A stretch of DNA of 21,191 nucleotides from assembly GCA_965218695.1 (NCBI GenBank), contig CBDCLR010000001.1, positions 1 to 21,191 of the forward strand, in the 5' to 3' direction. The stretch comes from Nitrosopumilus sp. Lineage in GTDB: Archaea > Thermoproteota > Nitrososphaeria > Nitrososphaerales > Nitrosopumilaceae. Below, one piece after another: positions 1 through 7,965 of this stretch. The notes beneath the pieces were generated by a model. That model was not told the origin of the DNA, did no database searches, and saw nothing but the letters and a program-made list of their open reading frames with translations. Each line of letters begins with the position of its first letter. Within the stretch, counting starts at the first letter, position 1. A program made the translations under genes and the position numbers.

Positions 1-1
1 C

Positions 2-88
2 GGGAAGAACCCAGAGGCATGCAGGAAGGAGAAAGATCCCATGGCGGTTGCAAGAATGCTCGCGGTGCACATGCACACCTATGCGTAA
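2..88 (+). pseudogene. IS630-family transposase N-terminal remnant (partial at window edge)
   Basis: Frame 2 reads GKNPEACRKEKDPMAVARMLAVHM then stops. It resembles the N-termini at 5682 (REKNPRAKLRLLA) and 13012 (KKDHKVRARLVAVR). Confidence 0.5.
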
Positions 89-191
89 TCCCTCCAAACC
101 CCACGCCGATAAGTTTAGATCAGACACGATCACCCCACACGCATATGACCAGATGCAACATGCAAAAGGCTAGATCATCGGGTGGCTCTTC

Positions 192-1004
192 TTACACCTT
201 GTCCAGAAATTCGTGTATCTGATCCGAGGCATCTGGAATCTTGGGATCCATGTCCTTCAGGGTGTCTGTGATGATCTTTCCCACTATCCAGTTGCGGTAC
301 CACTTGTCGTCTGCCGGTACCACGTACCACGGAGCCCACGGAGTGCTGCATCTTCCGAGCACCTGCTCATACGCCTCCATGTTCTTGTCCCAGTTCTTGC
401 GTTCCTCGTAGTCCCTGCTGCTGAACTTCCAGTGTTTTTGCGGATTCGTGACCCTCTTGGCCAGCCTTCGCTTCTGCTCGTCCTTGCTTATGTGCAGGTA
501 AAATTTCAAGGTCCGCACGCTCTCGTCCCTGAGCATCTTTTCAAAGTTGTTTATGTGCTTGTATCTCTTGGACCAGCGCTCTTCGGGCAGGAGGTTGTAC
601 ACGCTGACTGACAGAATGTCGCCGTAGTGGGAGCGGTTGAATATGACGATCTCTCCGCCTGCGGGAACCACCCTGTGGATGCGCCACAAAAAGTCGTGCT
701 TTGCTTCCACTGAATTTGGGGCTTTGAACGACACCACCCTGCATCCCTGAGGGTTGAACCCTTGCATGACGTCGCGTATAGTTCCGTCCTTGCCTCCTGC
801 ATCCATCGCCTGCAAGACAATCAGCAGTGCCTGCTTGCCTTCTGCAAACAGCTTGTTCTGGAGTGCGAACATCTCCTCGTGTATCTGATCCAGCTCCCGC
901 CTTGCCTCCTCCTTCTTCACTCTTCCGCCGCCCTTAGTGCTTATCTTGCCAAGATCGACTTTGGATTCAGGCTTGATGCAAAAATCCGACTCCTTGTATG
1001 CCAA
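192..1004 (-). CDS. ppk2: Polyphosphate kinase 2 family protein (single domain)
   Basis: 270 aa with Walker A MDAGGKDG, FKAP, HDFLWR, FNRSHY, KFYLHISKDEQ, WKFS and WYVVPADDKWYRN, all PPK2 motifs. TTG start. Confidence 0.93.
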   Translation of the reverse strand: MAYKESDFCIKPESKVDLGKISTKGGGRVKKEEARRELDQIHEEMFALQNKLFAEGKQALLIVLQAMDAGGKDGTIRDVMQGFNPQGCRVVSFKAPNSVEAKHDFLWRIHRVVPAGGEIVIFNRSHYGDILSVSVYNLLPEERWSKRYKHINNFEKMLRDESVRTLKFYLHISKDEQKRRLAKRVTNPQKHWKFSSRDYEERKNWDKNMEAYEQVLGRCSTPWAPWYVVPADDKWYRNWIVGKIITDTLKDMDPKIPDASDQIHEFLDKV

Positions 1005-1028
1005 ACAAGAATATGAAGATCAAATGCG

Positions 1029-1035
1029 ATATAAG
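1029..1035 (-). promoter_or_regulatory. Putative TATA box of ppk2
   Basis: CTTATAT on the minus strand about 25 nt upstream of the TTG start, the typical leaderless archaeal spacing. Confidence 0.4.
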
Positions 1036-1298
1036 CATGCAGTTGTACTCTGTTTAATCTTATCTATGTGCAGCGTTTTTAAAGATTAGCTGGATTTTTC
1101 CGTGTTGCTGGATGGCCTTGGCTAGAGGTGATACTCCACTCAAAGGATGGTCGGACACTTATCTATACGAGCACTATCACTCAGTACCATTCTTCATCCA
1201 TTCATTAGGGGCAAGTCGCAGTTAGGTGACGAGCATGAAAACTCAAATTGAACACCGCACAAATCCCTAACCACAATCTCCTGACGTTCAGTCATGCG

Positions 1299-1474
1299 TA
1301 TAGCGACACGCAAAAATTCGTGCAGTGTGTAAGCAGACCGTAAGGCTTTGATACGCTTAAAAATCCACTTATGGAGTCAAATCCTTCATGGAATACACTT
1401 TTCTTTTGACTAGTTGTGATCGATTCCAATAGGTGCTGGTCAATGTTCTGCACGAATTTATGATCGGCGCTATA
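1299..1474. mobile_element. IS630-type MITE (176 bp)
   Basis: 27-bp imperfect TIRs: TATAGCGACACGCAAAAATTCGTGCAG and revcomp TATAGCGCCGATCATAAATTCGTGCAG, with TA at both ends. The right TIR matches the IS630 end at 20480-20506 at 25/27 positions. Confidence 0.82.
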
Positions 1475-1854
1475 CCTGCCTGAATCGCAGGCGCACACTG
1501 CCGCCACAACTCCGAGGAGCATCGGAACTAAAATTTGTACTCTTTTCTATTTCTATCACCTCCTTTTTTTCCGTGGCAGGCTGAAGCTGCAACCATCTAT
1601 CAGGGCTCGAGGCCCAGTAACACAGCAGCTCGGACTGCCCCATTCAACTAATAGGTCTCTTTGACCATTGGTACGTGAGGGGTCGGCCCGCCACACTAGG
1701 TGGATAGGAGGGGTTATCATGTGTTTAACTAAGTGCAAACCCTTCCCGGTTCATTCTTCACGTACTTGGGTACTAACTCAGATCTCTCCTTTGCCGGATG
1801 CTGGCCTGTGTATTCGATTGGGTTCTTGCGACAGGCCGCACAGCCGCCCTGCCC

Positions 1855-2289
1855 CTACTCCGGGCTCTGGATCCTTGAGGTGCCGCCGTGAGCCGCAAGG
1901 AACTCCAGCGAGCCCTCGGCACACGAGCGAACCATGGAGCTGGGATCCTTTGTAAGCTCCGTTATCTTTGCGATCCCGTCCAGATCCTTCCTGTTTGCCA
2001 GAACCAGCGCAACAAATGCCCGTATATTCGTGCGGGACGAGCTCAAATGCGGAATTAGGATGTCAGAGATCCTGTTGCTGTTGCTCATCAGGGAGCTAAA
2101 GGCCTCCCCCCTGACCCGGATATCCGGGTCGTCAAGCATCGGTATTATGGCCTCGACAAGCTGCGGCCTGTCCGTATCGGAGAGATCCTCTAAGACTTTG
2201 ATCTTTCTTTCACGGGTGCCGGAGTCCAGTATTGCCATCAGATCGTCAACCGATCCGGATTCGGCATCAGTCTTTGCCACAAAGCTCAC
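1855..2289 (-). CDS. HEAT-repeat protein (C-terminus possibly eroded)
   Basis: Repeats LDDPDIRVRGEA, LSSSRTNIRAFVA and LTKDPSSMVRSCA. Start placed at GTG 2289 (2280 is an alternative) from a CTTAAAT box near 2317-2323. The longer 2427 start looks non-coding. Confidence 0.8.
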   Translation of the reverse strand: MSFVAKTDAESGSVDDLMAILDSGTRERKIKVLEDLSDTDRPQLVEAIIPMLDDPDIRVRGEAFSSLMSNSNRISDILIPHLSSSRTNIRAFVALVLANRKDLDGIAKITELTKDPSSMVRSCAEGSLEFLAAHGGTSRIQSPE

Positions 2290-2579
2290 CCAATATTGCC
2301 AAAGGTCGGATCTTGGATTTAAGTTATGCCAATGCGGGTCGCAAGACTCTGCGTGCATAAGAATGGGGTGACAGCTGCCGTGCGCGATACCGGCCTGAGC
2401 GGGCTTGGCAAAGTCCGGAAGGGGCACGCCCGCACAAGGGCACCATGGCAGAAGAGACAGATGCTGCTGCGTCCCGGGATGCCATGATCATGCCGCTTGG
2501 TGGCCTGTCAGAGCGCGTCCCAAGCGGGATCCGGCAGCAAGAGCTACGACTAGATCCAGACAGCATAAAAAACCCGTAC

Positions 2580-2588
2580 TTTAAATTA
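2580..2588 (+). promoter_or_regulatory. TATA box of alba
   Basis: TTTAAATTA preceded by an A-rich tract, about 25 nt upstream of ATG 2611. Confidence 0.6.
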
Positions 2589-2610
2589 TACTGAAGCTGC
2601 AAACACCCTA

Positions 2611-2898
2611 ATGTCTACCGAAGCAAGAGACACCATCTACATAGGCAAGAAGCCGTTGATGGCGTATGTTACATCTACGCTCATTCAACTGACTAGCTTG
2701 CCGGCCGTTAGCATCAAGGCCAGAGGTCTGAGCATCGGTCGCGCAGTTGATGTGGCACAGATCATATCACGCAAGACCGAAAGCGCCGGATACTCCATCG
2801 GAAGCATAACAATTGGCTCTGAAAGTCTAGAGTCAAAAGACGGCAAAGCAAGAAACGTATCCACCATCGATATCGAAGTAAAGAGAAACATCTCTTAG
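2611..2898 (+). CDS. albA: DNA/RNA-binding protein Alba
   Basis: 95 aa with IYIGKKPLMAYV, IKARGLSIGRAVDVA, IGSE and RNVSTIDI, canonical Alba motifs. Confidence 0.96.
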   Translation: MSTEARDTIYIGKKPLMAYVTSTLIQLTSLPAVSIKARGLSIGRAVDVAQIISRKTESAGYSIGSITIGSESLESKDGKARNVSTIDIEVKRNIS

Positions 2899-2915
2899 AC
2901 ACTCTTTACTTGACA

Positions 2916-2921
2916 TTTTTT
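2916..2921 (+). terminator. Putative oligo-T terminator of alba
   Basis: T6 tract 18 nt after the stop, between convergent genes. Confidence 0.35.
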
Positions 2922-2924
2922 ATC

Positions 2925-3782
2925 CTAGACCGAGCCGTATCTCTCTTCCAGCTCTCTGAACCGGGAGAGATCCACCAGATCGTTGAACTGCTCAAAGTCC
3001 ACCATGTTCCCCTCCAGCTTCTTGGTGGTTCCAGACAGCCGGAGCTCCCTTAGAACGCCCATGGCGGCGTACGAGCTTGCAAACAGGACCGACAGCGGAT
3101 ACAGAATTATCTTAAATCCCATACTGTAGAGATCTTCTGCAGAGCTGATGGGCGTCGCCCCTCCCTCGATCATGTTTGCAACCAGAGGGGCCTTGATCTC
3201 CCGTCCAATCTGTTTCATCTCGTCTATGGATCTTGGAGCCTCGATGAAGATCACGTCTGCGCCAATCTTCCTGTTCTGCCTGCCTCGCTCTATGGCGGCA
3301 TCTATGCCCTCAGTTGCCCTTGCATCGGTTCTGGCCACAATTACAAAGTCCTCGCTGTCCCGCGCGTCAACTGCAGCCTGGAGCTTCTCTGCATATTCTG
3401 CCTGTGGGATCACCTCCTTTCCCTTCATGTGTCCGCAGCGCTTGGGCCAGCGCTGATCCTCAAGAAATATGCCCGATGCTCCTGCGGACTCGAGATCCCT
3501 TACCAGCTTCCATACGCTGAGCGCGTTTCCGTACCCGGTGTCCGCATCCACTATAACCGGAAGCGAGACGGCCTTGCAGATTCTTCTCGCGTTCTCTGTG
3601 GTCTCGGCGGCACCTATGAACCCATAGTCGGGCATTCCAAAGAGGGTGGCGGACGTCCCATAGCCGGTCTGGAACATTGCATCAAACCCCACCTTCTGCA
3701 CTATTTTTGCGCCCATGGCATCGTACACTCCGGGAACGACCAGCGGGCCGTCCCGTCGCAGGATCTGCTTTATGGTCTCCAC
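2925..3782 (-). CDS. prpB: Isocitrate lyase/PEP mutase family enzyme, methylisocitrate lyase-like
   Basis: Motifs PGVYDA, VDADTGYG, LEDQRWPKRCGH, VARTDA and ANMIEGG. Start re-placed at in-frame GTG 3782 with a TTCAAATAA box upstream. Exact substrate is not determinable from sequence. Confidence 0.88.
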   Translation of the reverse strand: METIKQILRRDGPLVVPGVYDAMGAKIVQKVGFDAMFQTGYGTSATLFGMPDYGFIGAAETTENARRICKAVSLPVIVDADTGYGNALSVWKLVRDLESAGASGIFLEDQRWPKRCGHMKGKEVIPQAEYAEKLQAAVDARDSEDFVIVARTDARATEGIDAAIERGRQNRKIGADVIFIEAPRSIDEMKQIGREIKAPLVANMIEGGATPISSAEDLYSMGFKIILYPLSVLFASSYAAMGVLRELRLSGTTKKLEGNMVDFEQFNDLVDLSRFRELEERYGSV

Positions 3783-4048
3783 AGACTGCCGCGGAACGGG
3801 AGTTATTTGAAGCTTGAGTGTTTTTGCGCGCCGCATGCCACCGGCTCCGGACCGGCAGAGCCGGAGCAGACCGGATGCAAGGGATGACAGACACGGACAA
3901 ATGCAGAAGCTTGGCCAGCGCGCGATCCCCGGCTCGGATCTGCAGAGCCTGATACGGCAGGTCGGCATCTGCTGCATCCGGAGGATCGCACAAACACACG
4001 CGCATGTTGAAAAAGCCTAAATTGAGCACGGGTGGCATCCCACTCAAC

Positions 4049-4122
4049 GGGTCTGTAGCGCAGCCAGGTAGCGCACCGGACTTTTAATCCGGCTGTCGTG
4101 GGTTCGAATCCCATCAGACTCA
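4049..4122 (+). tRNA. tRNA-Lys (anticodon TTT), intronless, CCA not encoded
   Basis: Cloverleaf: acceptor GGGTCTG/CAGACTC, D stem GCGC/GCGC, anticodon stem CCGGA/TCCGG with loop CTTTTAA (TTT at 4083-4085), T arm GTGGG-TTCGAAT-CCCAT. Confidence 0.97.
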
Positions 4123-4274
4123 TTTCCTGCCTTGCCTGTCCCAGACATGCCTCTGCCACACTCCATTCCGGGTCTCTCCGACTCCCGTTGCCCCTTGACG
4201 GTGGAGCCGGATTCGCAATATGTGATGCGGTCATGGTATAATAGCGCCGAAGGCGCATTTGATGGTAGTTGAAG

Positions 4275-5234
4275 ATGGACTCTCCGACAGCGCTGGGGAT
4301 CGCGGCGGCCGCAGTGTTGTGCACCTTTGCGGCATTCCTTGCGTACGGTTCGGGAGGCGTTCCAGATCATGTTCCACAGGAGGACGGGATCGCCAAGGAC
4401 GGAGAAGCGCTGCTCGCCATGGTAGAAATGGCGGACGCGTACAGGGACGGCGGGCAGGACGCGGCGGCAGAGGAGCAGGAAGAGGCGTTCCAGCAGAAGT
4501 TGGCGGAGGTCGCGCGCGATCGACTCGGCGTGGAAATATCGTCGGCAAACGCCTATCTTTTCTTCCCGGATCTGCCGGATCCGGCGATGCGTCCCGGCCA
4601 GATCTGCGGCTCCGCGGCGGACATACCGGCCCACCTTGAGAATGTACGCGGGGCCGGGTGGTTCATGGCGTACATGGAAAAGTACTCTTCCTATACGATC
4701 CAGATGCACCTGAACGACGAGCGGCCCGAGCTCGGGTTCCACTACGGGTTCACGGCGGCCTCCAGCGACGGCGGGCACGCCACCACGCACTTCCACGTGG
4801 ACACGTGCACCGGCGAGGTGATCGATCCGGACAGCTACCGGCTGACGTGCCGCGACGAAGGGAGCGACTATGTGCTCAGCACATCAAACTACGACGACAC
4901 GGTAGCGAGCTTGGAATTGGAAGAGTTCTGCGCCATACCGCTGGATCCGTGGCGCCAAGATCTGTACGATTACTCCGTAGAGGAAAGCGAGGCAGCATGG
5001 GATCTGCTCGCAGAAGATCCGGAAGACTACGAATCGCTCATGGCGCGCGAGCGAGAGTTCGACCAGCTCAACTTGCTGAGCAAACTGGCGCACATGGCAT
5101 ACTCCAACAACTTCGGAGACGCGGAGATCCAAGAGCGCATGCTGGAATACTGCGGCAGGTTCGGCCCCCTGCCGGAAGACTTGGCGGATCTCATGGAGGG
5201 CGGCGGACCAGGCAGGAGCCTGTCCGCGTGCTGA
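4275..5234 (+). CDS. Secreted or membrane-anchored acidic hypothetical protein
   Basis: Long ORF with an N-terminal hydrophobic segment (ALGIAAAAVLCTFAAFLAY), acidic composition, several Cys and GC3-rich codons. ATG 4275 (TTG 4269 is an alternative). Confidence 0.8.
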   Translation: MDSPTALGIAAAAVLCTFAAFLAYGSGGVPDHVPQEDGIAKDGEALLAMVEMADAYRDGGQDAAAEEQEEAFQQKLAEVARDRLGVEISSANAYLFFPDLPDPAMRPGQICGSAADIPAHLENVRGAGWFMAYMEKYSSYTIQMHLNDERPELGFHYGFTAASSDGGHATTHFHVDTCTGEVIDPDSYRLTCRDEGSDYVLSTSNYDDTVASLELEEFCAIPLDPWRQDLYDYSVEESEAAWDLLAEDPEDYESLMAREREFDQLNLLSKLAHMAYSNNFGDAEIQERMLEYCGRFGPLPEDLADLMEGGGPGRSLSAC

Positions 5235-5420
5235 GGCGCGCCGGCACCCTGTCTGCACGGGACGGTGCCACAAATAGGCGGCACGATACCAGGCGGGCCA
5301 CAACATCAGGCCCATTGAGCCGACGCTGCCGACACCCCGCCCGGAGGCATCTTGTGCCGGAGCCTTGAAATTTCCCCGCATCCATGTGTGTGGCATGTAA
5401 CAGGTGCACCAGACCTCCTT

Positions 5421-5452
5421 TGCTCCGGGTCGTGGTGATCCGACCCGGAGCA
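5421..5452. repeat. Perfect 12-bp hairpin
   Basis: TGCTCCGGGTCG, 8-nt loop, CGACCCGGAGCA. Confidence 0.8.
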
Positions 5453-5468
5453 CATCTTGCATTAGACT

Positions 5469-5512
5469 CTATGCGTAGTGGCCAAAATGATCCGATCATT
5501 TTCTACGCATAG
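5469..5512. repeat. 19-bp palindrome with a 5-nt bulge
   Basis: CTATGCGTAG[TGGCC]AAAATGATC-C-GATCATTTTCTACGCATAG. Confidence 0.8.
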
Positions 5513-5681
5513 TAGAAGTTTTCACGAAAATGCAAATCCTCAGTCTTGATCAACCGTTTCAGGCCAAGTCAGCTTCATACGAATCAAATGGATCAGGGCG
5601 CGACAATGCCACTGCGTGACGCCTCGAAGCGGTGACGGGAATGGGGGCAGCAGCCCAAGACTGGAGTCTGGAAGCAGGTTC

Positions 5682-6682
5682 ATGCCCGGCACTAGCGAAG
5701 AGAGGCTGGGGAGGATGGCTGGAAGGGAGAAGAATCCGCGCGCAAAGCTCAGGCTTTTGGCGTGCCGGGAGAGGAAGAGGGGCCGCAGCATACGTGGAAT
5801 TGCGGGGGATCTTGGCATCGCGTACTCGACTGCGCGCGATTGGTTGGTGCGGATGCGCGACCGGGGGCTGAGGGGCAGATTCAACAGGAGGTCGAGGGGC
5901 AGAGGTGGCGTATTGTCGCGCGCAGTCCTGCGGGCTGTGCGCGGCTGGCTCAAGAGGAGCCCGCAATGGTATGGCTTCGAGTCGGGCTCGTGGCAGCTTG
6001 ACATGGTAATCGAGATGATCAGGAGGGAGTTTGGGACGGGCGTCAAGACGCGCACGCTGCGCAGGTGGCTGCGCAGGATCGGGTTCTCGGGGAGAAAGGA
6101 CAGGCGCGTACCGCGCAGGTCCGCCTCCCGGAGGAGGCGGGATGAGTTCAAGCGGGAGGTGGGGGAGCGCGCCAGGCAGAGGCGCGCGGCCAGTCGGGCC
6201 GTCTTCACCGAAGACGAGGCCTCGGCCCAGATGGGGCAGAACCCCGCCTACGGATGGGGGCGGGCCGGAGGATGTGAGGAGACAAGGACGAGCTTCTCAA
6301 GGAGGGCCGTCAGGATCTTTGGCGCTATGTCAGAAGACGAGCTTCGAATAAAGGTGGTGGCTCGACAGACTCGCAGACGTTCCGGGAATTTCTGGGGGAG
6401 ATACGCAGGGACTGTCCGCAGTTCCACATGGCTCTTGACAACGCGTCCTACCACAAGTCGAAGGCGGTCAGGGAGTACGTGGAGTCCACGGAAGGAGACG
6501 TCGAGCTGGAGTTTCTCCCGCCGTACACCCCGCAGCTGAACCCTGTCGAGGCCGTATGGAGGGACCTCAAGAGGAGGCTTGCCGGCAGGTTCTTCCGGTC
6601 GGCCGACGAGCTGAAAGCGGCGATAACGGCAATAGTCGAGCGTGAGATGGGCAACAGGCTCAAAGGCTACCTTGTAGCATGA
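5682..6682 (+). pseudogene. IS630-family transposase, frameshifted
   Basis: HTH N-terminus (RSIRGIAGDLGIAYSTARDWL), then TEDEA, LDNASYH and LPPYTPQLNPVE catalytic motifs. A 1-nt deletion near 6360 (GTG G-C TCG) splits it into ORFs ending 6539 and 6682. Confidence 0.9.
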
Positions 6683-6971
6683 TCAAACCTGCCTGTAAAA
6701 ATACGCGATTCTGCACTCCAATAGCGTACGACAGTCGTCCGTTCCAGCATGCAATCCAGAAAAATTGAAGGACATGGAGAATAACGTCACATGGTGGTCA
6801 GTGCCTAGCGGCATTTTTCGTCAAAATGGGCGGATTATTGTGACCAGTACTAGGCATCGCCGTACATCCGGTGCCGGAATCGACAGGTTCGGCCATCCCA
6901 TCTTCTGAATTCCCGGTTCCCTGCACACATGATTAGAAATGCTTCTTAAAAGGCAGCGTCTTGCAGTGTCC

Positions 6972-7400
6972 ATGACGAGCCAGCCAAGCAAGGCAAACGT
7001 TGCTGCCGAATACGACAGCGGGATCAAGAATTTTCCAGACACTAATAGAAACGTCACCTTTGATCCCGGCACTGGAACGATGATAGAGCTGGCAAGGGAG
7101 GAAGACAGGACTAGGTTCTTCGATAGGTTCACCAAGGACGGGCAGCCAATATACGTCATAGGTGCCACCAACAACACAAGCGGCGACTTTAGCGAGGTTA
7201 CCCGAGAGGCATACATCGCATTGAGGATGGAAGGCAGGCGTGCGTTGCTTGGCCAGTGGACGGATCCCGACGGCCATCGATTCAGGGACACCAGTTTTGT
7301 GGTCTCCGGAATAGGCCGCAGAGAGGCGTTAACCTATAAAAGCCTGTACGACCAACAAGAGATACTGGAAGTGGAAAGAGATGGTGTTCGTTCTATCTAA
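6972..7400 (+). CDS. Hypothetical protein (142 aa), possibly DUF3293/SAM-lyase-like fold
   Basis: Clean ORF with natural composition (ATG 6972, or 6939). The family guess rests only on the C-terminal pattern GQW..D.S.VV.GI...EA......Y.Q.EI. Confidence 0.65.
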   Translation: MTSQPSKANVAAEYDSGIKNFPDTNRNVTFDPGTGTMIELAREEDRTRFFDRFTKDGQPIYVIGATNNTSGDFSEVTREAYIALRMEGRRALLGQWTDPDGHRFRDTSFVVSGIGRREALTYKSLYDQQEILEVERDGVRSI

Positions 7401-7578
7401 GCAAAAGAGGTTCAAGAACACGTTTGCGCCCCACTGCCCAGACGAGTCGCTTACAGCAGGCCAAGTGATAGGCCTCTTAAAGTTCTCCGCTCTGCAAAAC
7501 GATGCCTTGCCGGCAGAGGTGAAGCAGGCCGTGCGCGAGGAACTAGAGAGAAGAAGGGCTGAGACGGGCCACAACTGA
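7381..7578 (+). CDS. Small hypothetical protein (65 aa)
   Basis: Overlaps the upstream ORF by 20 nt and has a helical charged C-terminus (LPAEVKQAVREELERRR). Confidence 0.5.
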   Translation: MVFVLSKQKRFKNTFAPHCPDESLTAGQVIGLLKFSALQNDALPAEVKQAVREELERRRAETGHN

Positions 7579-7965
7579 CCGAGGAACCCACCTCTACCCG
7601 TGGGCGTTCATTAGACAGCAATAATTTACCACGCCGACTCTTGCGCTCTGCTGACGCCACGCCGGCAGGACAATCCAATCGATCATGCCCGTCAAAGTTT
7701 GGGCATGAACGGAAGGCCGCGCGCAAGTCGTCGGCCGGGTGGCGCAGACCGGGAAAGGGTCCAAAATAAGCCGTGTATGCTAGGTGGATTCCATCAGACC
7801 CGCCTTACACGGCATCTGGCATGCATCTCAGGTTCCAGGCACGGATCCGGCCACACATGACGGCCCGCAGAGCCCTGAACCCGTATGATAATTGTATTAC
7901 AAGCGATCAGAATTTTTCCTTAAGGTGGCATTTTTTCTCCAACTACAAACATAATACCATGTCCT

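Noticed and set aside
2405-2430. AAAGTCCGGAAGGGGCA resembling SRP RNA helix 8 or RNase P CR-I
   Set aside because: Lacks the conserved AGG/AGCA of SRP and GAGGAAAGUC of RNase P, and I could not build the flanking helices.
3783-3977. 65-aa N-terminal extension of PrpB
   Set aside because: Low-complexity translation, and a TATA-like box sits just upstream of GTG 3782.
6340-6370. Programmed frameshift in the IS630 copy
   Set aside because: No slippery run at the break, which lies inside the catalytic domain. A single-base deletion explains it.
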